A stretch of DNA of 64,000 nt, taken from Phoronis australis (Eukaryota > Animalia > Phoronida). This document shows positions 50,907-64,000 of this stretch, one piece after another. The stretch lies in the NCBI GenBank assembly GCA_002633005.1, contig NMRA01000919.1:1-64000 (forward strand). Reading direction: 5' to 3'. The notes under the pieces were generated by a model, which saw only the letters and a program-made list of their open reading frames with translations, made no database searches and was not told the DNA's origin. Within the stretch, counting starts at the first letter, position 1. The number at the start of each line of letters is the position of its first letter. The position numbers were made by a program, and so were the translations under genes.

Positions 50907-52410
50907 GTTGTAGTAGTAGAAATAATCTTTATTTAAAAGTCGGTGAGATTTAACAATGAAACGTTAGCACAAGTGCTATTATCCGACAAATTTAAAATCT
51001 ATAAAATGAACAGAGCTAAAATACTAGCTAATTCTACAGTACGGAGAATATACAGAACTTAAACATAAATATAAATACAAAAGTGCACATACACGTTACG
51101 GAGCGTGTAGGCATCCATATCAGTTTTCACAAGAGCAGATCTCAGAGAAAAAATCATGAGCATGAGTGGCAAATTCATTTAAAGCAGTACATTGTCTCAT
51201 TACTAATGGCAATGAGTTCCACAGCAAAGCACCTTCATGGGAGATTGAGTTACATCCGTAAGTCATCGTATTAAAGCGTTTCACATAGAGACAGGTGAGT
51301 TTTCACCTCTGAGACCGTATCCAGACTCTTTAAATTCAAGCTTTCCTGACAAAGGACAGGGTCCAATAATATGAACAATTTTGAATACTTCAATAGATAA
51401 ACATTTCATCCGCCAACTAGTTAGAGAGCAGCTCCTAGCCTTAACTAAGAGTTGTGAGTAGCTGGACTCGCTGTCATTGAACACAAATTTTAAAGCAAGG
51501 TGTTGTATCTTCCATTTTCCTACTTTTCTGTATTCCACATAGATGCCAAACGAGGGGGCAGTGATTAAAATAAGACCTTATAAATGCATAATATAACTTA
51601 AGCTTACTGTTGATGCTTAAAACATTATGAAGACGGAACAAGGCATTCATTTGTCTAGAAGCTTTTTTGCAAATAACATCAACGTGCTCATGGAGTTTTA
51701 ACTGGCTATCAAGTTGGACACCCAGCAGCTTAACGGACTCTTCACACTCAATCGTAGTATCACCAGATATGAGTTACCTATCATTATTATGTACACGATT
51801 CCTAGAAAAGATGATTGACTTAAATTTACCAAGGTTTACAGACATTCCATTAGAGGAGAACCAATCCATTGCCATCTGCCCAGCTAGCTTGAGGCTGAGG
51901 CGAACTGCAGATAAAGAGGAGCCTGCTTGCAAGAGGGTATTGTCATCAGCGTAATTATGTAAATTACAGTGACCACTTATAGCGTAAAATCATCATTGAT
52001 AAAAATGTTATGGGGCCAAAGACAGACCCTTGAGGAACGCCCTAGTGGGGACATTTAACCAGTCACTGACAGCTGTGGAGCCAATTTTCACTCTCATCCT
52101 TCTATCACTGAGATAGGACATTATGAGGTTACAGGTATTCAATGTGTAGCCATAGGCTTTTAGTTTGGCAACAACAAGGAGCTCATGGGGGAGACAATCA
52201 AAAGCCTTAGACCAGATCAATTAGTATGCACCCAGCAACTAAATCCAGAGCTAACCTTACATCTTCAGTTAGGTGCAACAAGACATCCTGACAAGAAAAA
52301 CCTTTACGGACATAAATTTTCAATTAAAATTTCATCAAAATGTAGTTTCAATTGGTCTAGAATAAGTCGTCAAAAACTTAGTTGACAGCACTGAGTCAGC
52401 ACACTAACTA
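50907..52410 (-). mobile_element. Degenerate CR1/L2-group LINE RT fragment
   Basis: KAFDCLPHELL..KLKAYG, SYLSDR, GVPQGSV, HNYADDNTL (~51942), VKLLGVQLD, ICKKASRQ. AATAAA plus a short repeat tail near 50910-50935. Confidence 0.88.
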
Positions 52411-52711
52411 TAACAGGAGTCAGTACTGGAATACAGGACACTATCGCGAACAAAATGCATTCCGAAGAGGCGCAATCACAACTGATTTCTAAGCCGGCTG
52501 CCCCTTGTCTGTACAACAGACCACGTAAATTTACACTTCAGTGCATCAGTCAGGGACAGTCATGCCAGTTTGTTTGCGTAAAGCGCTGCCTGTGGAGAAT
52601 TCGACTAGCCAATCAGAAACGCCGGTGTAAAAAAATTACCGAGGAAAATTAAGTGATATCTGCGTGCTGGCGCGGCTACCGTCCACCTAGCGCATAGGCG
52701 GATTTAGGGGG

Positions 52712-52920
52712 NNNNNNNNNNNNNNNNNNNNNNNNNNNNNNNNNNNNNNNNNNNNNNNNNNNNNNNNNNNNNNNNNNNNNNNNNNNNNNNNNNNNNNNNN
52801 NNNNNNNNNNNNNNNNNNNNNNNNNNNNNNNNNNNNNNNNNNNNNNNNNNNNNNNNNNNNNNNNNNNNNNNNNNNNNNNNNNNNNNNNNNNNNNNNNNNN
52901 NNNNNNNNNNNNNNNNNNNN
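52712..52920. other. Assembly gap
   Basis: Run of N. Confidence 1.
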
Positions 52921-53539
52921 AGTACTTTCCCCTCCGATTCCAAATCAGCATCATCCTTAGTAAGTTTTAAAACCATAATTATTAGAAGTCAATTTAATCA
53001 GAAGTGTTCTGTGTACCAAATGTGCCATAAATATCCTCAGACCAACCTATTTTTTATCTATATACAGGATGATATACATGACTTCGTGTACTTTTATTAA
53101 CTACTTTTAATCATTTATGAAGACATTATTTATTCATGTTGTCTCATAATTTTAGTATCGTCCATTTGTGGTTTGTTTATTATTCATTTTGTTTCATCAG
53201 TCTTTCCATGTCAGTTTCATATTCATCATTGATCGTTTAAGTGTTGTCTTTCATTTTTCTAAGTCTGTATGTCCATGGAAAGCAACTAATCATGATGGGC
53301 CAGCCAGACTCAGTACCCCATTGTACGTATATAGGCCTATTTATATCGGTACAAATAAATAAATAAATAAAAGAATGAAAGTGTAATCAAATATTAGGTC
53401 TAATGTACATAATAAGATATTGTGTGATGTTGACATTTTCAGAAAAACACATCAGATAACGCACCTGAGTTAGGTTGCAAAACGATCTAATAATATGAAA
53501 CGAACAGCTCAACTTGCGGAAGTAAACAAAGATTTCATG

Positions 53540-53701
53540 GTTAAAGGTCACTTGCGTCGCAGGTCACCTACTCTGACTGACACGAGCAGAGGTCACCTAC
53601 TTGACCTCCCTGCGCGCGCACAGACTCCAATACTTCCGGTGGTGTAGTGGGGAAACCAAGCGTGGCCTTTTCGCGTGATGGTCACGGACACAGAAAGTTC
53701 G
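53540..53701 (+). promoter_or_regulatory. CpG-rich housekeeping-type promoter and putative non-coding first exon, probably of GGCT
   Basis: ETS-like ACTTCCGGT (~53632), NRF1-like TGCGCGCGCA (53611), repeated AGGTCAC, donor TCG|GTAGGA. The first GGCT coding exon starts with an acceptor, so an upstream exon must exist. The link to GGCT is inferred. Confidence 0.4.
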
Positions 53702-54003
53702 GTAGGACTTGACTGACACTCTGTCTTGGATGCTATACCAAATTGTCCTCAGATCTGTTGTATATGTAAATTGTTAGTAATTGCATGCTTCATGTAGTAT
53801 TTTTTGAATTTTAAATGAGTCGATTTTTCATCCCCGGCGGCTACGTCCCCCTTCCACGGCACACACAGGCGTCTGGCTCTGACTGAGCAAGGACTCAGGA
53901 GTGTAGTAGAACAGGAGAGTTCACTTGTGAGTTCGCTGTTACCGCTACTACTAGCGCCGCCAAGTGGCGACTAAGCAACTGTCAACCAGGAAGCGCCAAA
54001 ACA

Positions 54004-54935
54004 ATGGGGAAGGACGCATTTTGCAGTGCGATAAAGTGCATGAATTGATCCACAAAAACCCCAGACGGAGTCATTTTTTAGGTTTCATAAGGATCCAGAA
54101 AGGTAAGGATTATCTGTTATTGGCTTTCATTTTGTGTGTTCTCTTCACTGTTGTTAGACAAGTCGATCGCTGTCCCGTTGCCACTGTTGTCTGCAGGTTA
54201 GGCTAGGCCTACTGTACAGCCGGGCTGCCGGCGGAAGGACTATATGAACGTACGATGTGATCGTCAGCTTTTTGGATACTTGCAGTTCATGAATTCCAAA
54301 TCAAAATGTCACCCGGCATACGATCCCAGGGATAATTTTAGGAAAATATACCCATGCCCAAGGCCATGGGTAATATGACTGGTGACACGGCCATGGCACA
54401 ATCACAGCCACAGGGCCACAAGTCTGTCATGAGTCAAGTTAGAGAGTCTGTGGGTCTCGGTGAAAAGGTGAAAAATCAACATAATTTTAATGTGCCAGTT
54501 GGACCAATTAAGTTAAGAACTGCGTCATCGAAAACTTAATTCTATGTGTCAATGATGCGGGGGCGCAGCCCTGTTAAAATATCCGTGGATCGACATTTGA
54601 GTCCGAGTTCTTTTCAGTTGACACCAAAACGCTTTTGTCTCTATCGCAATCACTGTACGACAGGAATTCTGTAGTGTAGTGTACTTTAGTGTAGGCTACC
54701 AGTCTTCTGTGAACCTGGTGAGTACGAGGTTTGTTAATGAGTCTCTCTTTGATTTCTGTCCAGGTGCAAGCGCTGGGAGCTGACCTTATGAATAGAGATG
54801 AAGCCTATTTGTCCAAGAACTGCAAGTTATGCTCTAATCACTTCGAGGAGTACATGTTCATGATTGAAGAACAAGATGGTATTGACTGCAGTGCCCAAAC
54901 AATATTTGATGTCCCGAATCCACCAAAAATGAAGA
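54004..54935 (+). pseudogene. Degenerate two-exon THAP domain, THAP12/PRKRIR-like, probably DNA-transposon derived
   Basis: Exon 54004-54102 reads MGKDAFCSAIKCMN*...FFRFHKDPER with donor GTAAGG. Exon from 54764 reads CKRW/ADL...KNCKLCSNHFEEYMF...QTIFDVPNPPK. One stop and frameshifts. Confidence 0.75.
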
Positions 54936-57900
54936 TGTCAGGGTCAAAAAGTTCTCCGGAAATTGTATTACAGCTCTGGAATAGGCTTTTTGCATTTCTG
55001 ATTATCGTCTCATGAAGCAAGTACTGGAACATCACGCGTAGAAAGGACAATTAGTCAAAATCTGGTTTTTGTATTTCACTATGGTTGATCAGATTGAAAC
55101 ATTTTATGAATGGTTAGCCTGTGATTTGGAGAGAACCAAAGTGAAACTGCTGGATCATTCAGTGTCTGAATAGTGGCCTGAAATTTTGTTAAACCCAAGC
55201 TATCCGTACCATTTTACTTCTCTATCACAAACACCTCTGTGGGTAAATTAGTTTTCAGCTTTACTTATAACGCATTTCTTTAGCGAAAAGTGCTGTTGTT
55301 TACTAGTGAATTAATAGAGAGTGACAAGGCTGGTCAGATTTTCTTGTTGTATTGGTTGGTGTATGTGTTGCCTATTTTGTACGTTTTTGGAGACTGTGAT
55401 TAATTTAAGCCCCAGTTGTGGCTAGGTATCAGATATGATCTTGTGGTCTGGCTTTAACTTTCATGAAATATTTACTGTTATTGATAATAGGAACAGTGGG
55501 TATATAAAATATAATTTTGGTTTTATCGTCCAAGCCTTTTTAATTCAGTTTTGTACGAAGCTATGTGGGTAGTGAATATTTTGATTGCTGTTCAGTTCCT
55601 CTTAATTTTTTGGTCATGACATTTTGAACTTTGACTAGTTATGATTGATGATTTATGTTTTGTAAGTTGTGAGCTATTCTACAGATTAGCAACTGACTTG
55701 TAACTGTTGGTGAGTGGGGGAGTGGGATTGAGTTTACCCTATACTGGCATGTCTAAGAAATAATGGAATGTTCTAAAATTGTATTACGATTTTGTGGTAG
55801 TGATGAATTGCCTTGCTTTCTTCTTCTCACTTGTGTAACACCCGCTGCACAAAACAATTTTCTGCATTGCTAGTAGTCTGGTGCATTGAATAGGGAACAC
55901 ATATGAAATTGTTGGGTGGAGATGAAACCAGCAGTGAGCTGGGAGCAACATGGTTGTCAATGGTCAGGGGAGCAACCAAAATGTGTGACGATGGGAGGAG
56001 CTCAGCACCCATGTGGCATACATACCCATTGGTTTTTACCTGTTTAGCACTCCTCCCATGTAACCCCCCTGGGAGGGGGTCAACACCCATTTGGCGCCCA
56101 CCTGGTTTTTGCCTGGTACCCCCTTAGCTGGCACCTGGGGGAATTCCCCTCTGAAACCCCAGGAGCAATCATTTAAATTATGTAGTCCATGGAGGTATAA
56201 ACTGTTATAAGGAATGATAATTGCCTTGTTAAGAACTCAAGCATGAAACAAAACCATGGTGGATTTTGAAGGGAGCTTCAAGAGAGTAAAAACAAATACA
56301 CTTTAATATTGATTAAAATACACATTTTCTTTCTCATTCGATTGTAAGTGGCCTCTATGTGGAAAAAAGTACAAACAGCTACATGACTGGTTTAATCAGT
56401 GCGAGGCATACTAGTAATTCACTGAAAACCTTCTAATGTATTGGAAGGCCTTTTGGGATGGCCACCACTACTGAGACCTGTGTCTGTTGAGACGTGGTAC
56501 TGTCTACTCCACCAAATGCCGCAACCTGGGCTCGCTATCTGGTTTGTGTGCGTGGTGGTTTACTTGGTCATTTTTGCTCTTGGTTACCTGTAGACTCGAG
56601 CCAGAAACTCCAGTAAAAACTCAAAATTTTGAGTTCAGGCTTGAACTTATAGCCTCAATGGAGAGGTCAAGTGCAAGCTAGGATAGAAAAAACTACATGC
56701 ACTTGAGTACAGAATAATCTCAAATTAGCACAAAAATAGATATAGGAAATCTAGGCTCGCTGTAGACTTTGAAGGATTTTAGCCAAAATGGCTAAAGCAT
56801 CTGAAAACTTTTTGCCATTTTCAAAAATTATTAGGCAAATACATACTTTCCCTTTTCCTAACCCCCGCAATAAAAGTACAGTTACCCGGACCAAACTTTT
56901 TTATTTTTCATGTTATATGCTTAGGTTGTTTTCATAATGTATTGTCAGATAAGACATTTGTCTAATTCCAAGGTCATATAGCAACTTAATAAGTTGGAGG
57001 ATGTCAGCCAACTTGGGTTTTATTATGACCTAAGAGTTTGGGCAGAGGTTCCCCCTATACCCGAGTAATGTGGGTACGCTGGCCACATGGGCATGTAAAT
57101 GATATTGACCTTAAAAAAAAATTGGGGAGGGGTTCCCCCTATCCCCGGGTTATGGCGTGAGTACACAAGGGCACATTGGCATTTCATTGATGTTTACCTA
57201 ACAAAAATTGGGGAGAGATTCCCCTATCCGCGGGTTACAGCAACGTGGGCATATTGATGAGCAAGATATTTGCATCCAAAAGCGTTAACTGTAACTTGTG
57301 GCTAGCAAAATAAAGCTAAATCGTGCAGAGTGGGTAACATAAAACTCATTAAGTAAGGAACTGACATTAGCTACTTTATGCATGTACGTTGCTTTTTTTG
57401 GCCGCCGCCAAATTTCAAACACATCCCAGTCTCTCAATGACTTCGTCTTACACGCGCGACATTTAGCGAGTTGACTAGGTATGACATGTGACGTATTTTG
57501 AATTAAAAATGGATAACACACTCGTTCTTCCCAGCTTCATCTGCACCTTTTACTCCTTAAAAGAAAATCTGTCAATGTCAAGTCTCGAGCAATATTTGAC
57601 ATTACAAATTATGCGCTGAAAATTGGTAAAGTTAGTAATCAATTAGGTGAGATTCGTGTAATTTTTTACCTTGAGTTCAAATTTCATGTTCGAGACAGCT
57701 CAACTCAGTCCGATTTTATCCCCTAGCGGGTAAAAATGCTGTTGGACAAGCTGACACAGCCACGTCACCAGTGTAAAAAGTTAACAGAGAGACTTGGTCA
57801 CATTTGTCACCAGAAATAGTCTTCTAGTCATTGTTGACATTGTCACTTGCAGACGACAGGCAGCAGCATCTACACGAGATCTTGCTATGACTAGAGAGAA

Positions 57901-59833
57901 ATTGCCATTATCAAGACTGCTGACCCCCCGTACACAGTTGGACATTTCGTTGTGGTAAAAGAGTGATTTCAGGGGGAGTGACAGACATGAAATGGAACAT
58001 TCGCTTGCTATTTTTAGGACGCAGAATCGAAGTAAGAATGCCATTTGCGGCGCAACTTGATACGAGCTGACTGTTATTCAATATTAATTTTCATAGTCAA
58101 GTTCGGAAAGTGTTTGCCAAGTTAGCAAACGGACTTAGCTCTGCCATTGCCAATGCTGCTCAGAATTCGCCAATGGCGAGCTGGCGAGTGGGTAGCGCGA
58201 GCCTAGGAAATGTTAGAAATAATTTAGATTTTAATTTCAAGTAATAAAATTATACCCTGGGCCCTGCTCACAGTGGTTTTGGTAAAGTTTTGTGCCAAAA
58301 CCCAATTAAATATGTACTCAGAAGTGAAATTTTCATTTACTCCTAATGCTAGTAGCAGAAGTTGATGCTACAACACCAGTAAAGAAGCCCTGGGTCATTA
58401 AACTCACCAGATCATGATGCAATTGGTACTACCTGACCAGTCAGTTCACAAGTGGAACACCTTAATTCAATGGACCATTGTGTTTGCATTAGGAAACTTG
58501 TCATCCATTGGAACAACTTACCCCATAAACTTCCACCAGGCACACTGGTCCCTGATGTGACAAAATCATTCCCAGGTCACCAAACTGGAACTGAGGTCGC
58601 CAAAACTTGTACAACCTGTTGTCATGCAGTAACAAATACTCAGCTCTTTTGAAGCCTTAGTGTTTTTTATAATGATAAGTGGTCTATTGGAAAATTTGGT
58701 TTGGGGTAAAATTGAGAGGTCACCCCACTAATATTCCCTATGAAAATAGGTTGTGTGAGTTTTGTAATTCGGGATGTGTATAGGACAAATACCACCTTGT
58801 GTTAGTTTGCAGTGCATACCAAGACCTTCGGGTTAAGTACTTGAGTGATCGTTTTTGTCATTCTCCCACGACATCTAAATTTGAATCTTTCATGAGAACT
58901 CCTGATATCATACATCTAAAATTTGTGCATCATACTCTCAAGCGTCACAATTTATTATCCAGCTTGTAACGCACCTGATAATGTTCTGCCTTGTACGTGT
59001 TATACTTTGGGCCTATGGCCACATGTATATATTTCAATAAATCACTATAAAAATTTAAGGTTCATAGTAGATGTGCCATTGTTTTTGCCTGTAAATTTTT
59101 GTAAGATACTGAATTTACCATATTTGATCTCTGGAGTGCAAAATGTTAAAACTAGAAAGAAGAGATTTTTAGCACTGTGGTATCTCATGCAATTTTTTTA
59201 ACTTGCCAAGTTGTCAATGACTGGATGAACTGCAGGTTAGACAAGGATCACTCCTCTATTGATCCAAGACACTCGAAGCATGTTGTGCCAGCAAGTGCTT
59301 TGCCTTACACCCATGTTTTAAGAAATTGTCTGTTTTAGTTTAAGGACACGGACCACTATAGCCAGCTTACTTAGCTCACCAGGTGTCCCGTGACTGAGTC
59401 AGGTTGAGTGTCATCCCAATTTGACAAGCTTTTCTTCAGGGTAAGTATTTAGTCTATTGCGTTTGAGAGCAAACCTGTACAATGTATGTTTTGAACCACT
59501 TAGATTCTGCGCGTTTTCTTGGAGGTTCACGCTAATGTTACCTGAACATGAACTAACAACCCATGATGGGATCCGAACATGCAAAATGTCCTCCTTCTCA
59601 TGACTTTCCAAACTAACATTAAAAGGATAACTCATTGTATCTAATAGTAATCAAGTATGGCTTTAATATGGTGTCTATCGTATTTGTTGAACTATGTATT
59701 TTGAAAATTCTTTTGTTAAAATCTACTTTTAAGGAACTGTTGAAAGTAAACATGGACTTAATCTGGTATTATTATTATGCAGTTGAGCCATTAAAAAGCA
59801 ATCCTTAATCCTTGCAAGAGAGCTTTTTGCAGA

Positions 59834-60005
59834 GTTTTCATATCTGATTGTGAACCCAACACATTTTAATTTCTGATTGTGAACTCAAAACGTTTTAATA
59901 TCTGATTGCAAACCCAAAACGTTTTAATATCTGATTGCAAACCCAAAACATTTTAGTATCTGATTGCCAACCTAAAACGTTTTAATATCTGATTGCAAAC
60001 CCAAA
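59834..60005. repeat. Minisatellite, ~6 x 29 bp
   Basis: Unit GTTTTAATATCTGATTGCAAACCCAAAAC. Confidence 0.9.
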
Positions 60006-60449
60006 GTGGTCATAAACCAATGTTGATTTAGACCACTCACTGCTTTAAAATTGTTCTCACATTGTTATTTGAAATCAAATGAGATGTGATTTCTTGGTTT
60101 GCAAAGAACTGACAGTTCACTATCTGTGATATTTAAGACCATGTTCGAGGCATGAAATGACATGCCGTAACAAACCAGTTTGTAGAGCCTGGGTGGAGTT
60201 CAGTAGCTGTCTAGTGGCTAGAAAAGTCTAGCCAAAATTACGTGTTCTCATTTAAATTACATGGCAATATCTCACGTAATCTTGCAAGATCTTGCTTTCC
60301 TGCGGAGGTCCTAGCGAGGTCCTAGGATTACTGAACTCTTCCCTGGTCTCAAACAGTATTGAACTATCATGTATTTTGCAGCCCAGAAATATGCTGCGGT
60401 TTGACTAAACAACCATTTGAAACCAATTTCATGAGGTTAAGTGGTATCT

Positions 60450-60590
60450 GTATTGGAAGGGATGTTTATAGCTACTTTAAGGTAGGACTCATTTGTAATG
60501 GAAGGGATGTTTATAGCTACTTTAAGGTAGGACTCATTTGTAATGGAAGGGATGTTTATAGCTACATGTACTTTAAGGTAGGATTCATTT
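60450..60590. repeat. Tandem repeat, 3 x 45 bp
   Basis: Unit GTAATGGAAGGGATGTTTATAGCTACTTTAAGGTAGGACTCATTT. Confidence 0.92.
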
Positions 60591-60714
60591 TTGTTCTGTT
60601 GTTTTTAGAACATTTTTCTTTAATGAGTGGGGTCTTTGTCTCTTTTTTCTTTATGACAGGCCATATGTTGTGACAAATAAAACTGAACTGAGTGCATGTA
60701 TTTTTTCTTTTAGC

Positions 60715-60882
60715 ATGTCCAGCCAGCAGATTAGACAGAAACTGCCTGGCCAATTAAAAAGACTGAATCAAACGAGTGCTGACAGCAGGTTCTTATATTT
60801 TGGATATGGTAGTAATCAGTTGACAGAACGACTTCAGATTATGAACAAGTCAGCAAAATTTGTAACTATTGGAAAAGTTTTG
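60715..60882 (+). CDS. GGCT: Gamma-glutamylcyclotransferase, first coding exon
   Basis: FLYFGYGSN...ERL matches the GGCT YFAYGSN loop. Acceptor ttttttcttttag lies 1 nt before the ATG; donor TTG|GTAAGA, phase 0. Confidence 0.9.
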
Positions 60883-60940
60883 GTAAGACTTGAGCTTAGC
60901 AAGACCAATTGAAACCTTGTTTTGAAGTTGCTGATCTTAA

Positions 60941-61851
60941 AGGGTATATACTCTTTACTCTTGTAATGACATATTGCAGGTTACTCAACTACTCACAATA
61001 TGCCACAAAGCTTTCCATCCAATGTATGCGAAGATAATGAATTCCATATCCAAAAACATTATTCGGGCTACTGGCATGTATAAAGAAGCGCCAAAACGAC
61101 ATGAATTTTGACAGGATTGGCTGGCGTAGTTTTGTGTCATTCCTGATGATCTTTCAATTACCTTGGAAACAAATTGATGTCTAAGGATTACGTCAAGGAA
61201 AAGGAAGGGAAATTATGAAACCAGTTTAGTAGATGTAAGGCTATGGATGACTTTATGACAAGTTTGTGTCCAAAACATTAAGTCAAAAATATGCCATCCT
61301 CACAAAATCAGTCCTGAAAATGTCCTTACCATGATAGAACTTTGTTTCTAATGACATTAAATATAATTCAGAGCATTCATTATAAACGAAGCATGTTTCG
61401 TAAAATTTTACCAAAAGATGGTGTTTAACTTAATCACAGTTTAAGTGTCAGTTTACCTGAATTGTGTAGTTGATGTTATGTCATTGGAAGGACATTTTTA
61501 TGGTTGTTACTTCGTAATCATGACAATTGACCCAAGATTAAAGGAACGTTATCAGTGTTACAGTCAAAATGCTTTTTTATTATTATTGTTGAATGGAGTA
61601 GACTATGAAGTTAGTGGCTTTGACCAGATTTCTAAAACAACATCTGACATCTGTTGTGTTTGTTTGATTTGATAACAAACCAACAGTTCTGACCCTTTGT
61701 CTGCCAGGCATTAGCTGAAATCAATGGGGTGAATTTTCTTCTTAAAATACTTTGCCAGTTATCAAGTGAGATTTAGTTCCGAAGGTTTCGATTTTTGTGA
61801 TTCGGTGCAGCTTTATATCTCAGAAAGTCATGTTTATCATGTCGAATACCT
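60941..61851. mobile_element. Possible Kolobok-like non-autonomous element in a GGCT intron
   Basis: TTAA|AGGGTATA ... AATACCT|TTAA. The TIR is very short and imperfect. Confidence 0.3.
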
Positions 61852-62072
61852 TTAAGATGGAAGTTTACAATTATTGAATAAAGGTTTAGCCATGCAATTG
61901 TTTGCACATGAGGACCTTAAAATTATTTAAACAAGTTATCTCTATAACTAGAAGTCATGCATGTATTCTGAGAGGTGTACTTTTGCATAAATGAGACTTA
62001 ATTATAATTCAGAAGTATTTGTATGGAATGTAAGAACAAAGTTTTTAAGTAAGTCTTAAGTCACAGACCCCA

Positions 62073-62335
62073 GGGGTTTGTTTCATGAAAAGTGACCTAA
62101 GACGGGCATTTGGTCTTGAGCATCGCATAACTATTTCTGAAAAATAATTCTAAATTACTTCAACAAAAGAATAAGGTATCTGAGAATATACCTTTGATTG
62201 TTAATTAATTAGGCAAATAATTTTCAGGCAGTGAGGTGATAATGGCTCATGACTTATGACTGAACATTATTCAGGAATTATTAAGTGGGAGCATAACACC
62301 AAATTTCTGTCTTAAGTCACTTTTCATGAAACAGA
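62073..62335. mobile_element. MITE of the same family as 7795-8016
   Basis: GGGGTTTGTTTCATGAAAAGTGAC ... GTCACTTTTCATGAAACA inverted ends. Confidence 0.6.
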
Positions 62336-62384
62336 TTTATATTAAAGCCGTAAAGGGAAAATGAAGTGAAGCTTTAATTTTTGC

Positions 62385-62552
62385 TCATTTGATCCATGGC
62401 ACACTTAGAGTGAATGTTAAACTACCTTGGTCATTTGATCCACGCCACACTTAGAGTGAATGTTTAACTACCTTCAGTTGGTCATTTGATCCATGCTTCA
62501 CGACCTTGGTCATTTGATCCACACTACACTTAGAGTGAATGTTAAATTACCT
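62385..62552. repeat. Tandem repeat, ~3.5 x 46 bp, upstream of a GGCT acceptor
   Basis: Unit GGTCATTTGATCCACGCCACACTTAGAGTGAATGTTAAACTACCTT. Confidence 0.85.
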
Positions 62553-62574
62553 TGACAAATTCTGCTTTTTTCAG

Positions 62575-62711
62575 GGATACGAATTACAATTTGGTGGCTA
62601 CTTTTCTTCACGGTGGAAGGGTTATTCTGCTACCATCACAGAGAAGCAAGGTGCTGAAGTGTGGGGGTGTGTGTACACACTACACGTGGAGGATATGAGT
62701 AACCTGGACAG
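62575..62711 (+). CDS. GGCT: Gamma-glutamylcyclotransferase, second coding exon
   Basis: GYELQFGGYFSSRWKGYSATITEKQGAEVWGCVYTLHVEDMSNLD contains the GGCT W-x-G-xx-ATI...VWG-x-V...LD motif. Acceptor ttttttcag, donor AG|GTCTGT. Confidence 0.92.
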
Positions 62712-63852
62712 GTCTGTGCTCAGAATACCCAAACTGCTGGTTTTAGTAGGGGTCATTCACAACTATCACCTTTTCCTCACCAAGACTTCAGCATGGGAGA
62801 GGTTCGAGACCTGCTTATAGCACACGTTTTTTACTTCATGAAAATGGCATTGTAAAAAAACTAAGTTTAACATTTTCTTTTTCCTTTTTCATGTTTTTAT
62901 GTATGTAACATAATAACTTACAGCTTTGAGTACCACCAGATGGTTCTTTGATGGAAACTATGCAAGCAGTAGTGCAGTGACTGACATCTCATTGATGTGT
63001 AAACAAGGAAAAATTCAAGAACAAACAGACAAGTAGTCTAAAAATATCAACATTGTGGAACGATGGTCGGCGAGGAAAATGAACACTTGTGAACATGGCA
63101 ATGTTGATGAACAGTCCCTTGGGATATTAATCAGTATAAAACTCGCGTTGCATGAAAAAGCTTTTGATTTAGACTGTTCAACTTGCGTGTTACTCAAATC
63201 AGACGTGATTTCTGGGTTTGGAAATGCTTGACAATTCGTTACTGGCTGATACTTGTACCTGAGGTGTAACCTGTCAGTTTGTCACGGCAGGTAAGTTCAG
63301 GGTCTTAAGCAATAAGAAACTCTGTGTGTTCTTTCCAAACCCAGATACCATTTACCAGCTTCTGTAATGAACATTTTGAGACAATTCTAAGTTGTAAGTA
63401 GTTTTGATCGAAAGTCTGCATCTTTGACAAAACCTAAAGTAGTTTTAACATTATTTTACAGACTAACGCTTTATTTGCAAATTCCCAAACTTCTTAAGTG
63501 TGTAATTCATTGTGATCCAAATGGTCCTCAAACATTACCTAACAACAAAAACTACTGAGAAAATTTCAAAGTAATTCATTTGATACAAAAGTATGGACTT
63601 TCATGTTTTACGCAGTTAAGAGCCATCTGGTGGAATATTATGTTACAGACAGAACACAAATGCACTGAACTGACTTCTACCTGTGAAAACTTTTCTGTAT
63701 CTTAGTGGTGATTAATTTTTCTAAACCACGTTCATTGCTTTTCGAAATATACTGGACAAATATAAAAGACATGATAAAGTGTTTTTAGGAAAAAACAAGT
63801 ATGTGTAGTTTATATTCCAGATGTGGGGTACTATTTTGTTTCTCTTCTCCAG

Positions 63853-64000
63853 CCAAGAAGCTGTCAACTTTGTTTACAAGCCAGTGTCTGTTGAGGTTGT
63901 CACAAGTAACCATGGCAGGTTAGTGTGCAGAACATATCAACAAATCCATCCTCTTAAAGAGGACCAACGACCCTCTGACGTATACAAGAAAGTGATAATC
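63853..64000 (+). CDS. GGCT: Gamma-glutamylcyclotransferase, third coding exon (cut by window end)
   Basis: QEAVNFVYKPVSVEV...CRTYQ...PSDVYKKVII; the catalytic Glu of the LDxQE motif is retained. Phase-2 acceptor tctcttctccag. Confidence 0.92.

Overview
AT-rich, intron-containing, repeat-dense animal genomic DNA, most consistent with a marine invertebrate; the species cannot be determined from this window. There are two N-gaps (17940-18893, 52712-52920). Two host genes can be reconstructed by hand from splice signals. (1) A minus-strand, 8-exon type I membrane protein with an unusual signal peptide - PLAT/LH2 - TSP1 - Ig - mucin stalk - TM architecture (11995-27682); most of its exons are absent or fragmentary in the ORF track. 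(2) A plus-strand gamma-glutamylcyclotransferase (GGCT) running off the right end (60715-64000). The rest is transposon-derived: a three-level nested DNA-transposon stack with intact target-site duplications (Sola1-like > P/Galileo-like > Kolobok-like foldback), a clean 19+19 bp excision-footprint-like palindrome of the same P-like family, further Kolobok-like and AcademH-like elements, and Penelope, Gypsy, RTE and CR1/L2 fragments. An unexplained 84-bp element occurs twice, each time between divergent first-exon-like splice donors. All calls come from manual reading and motif recognition; no database search was run.
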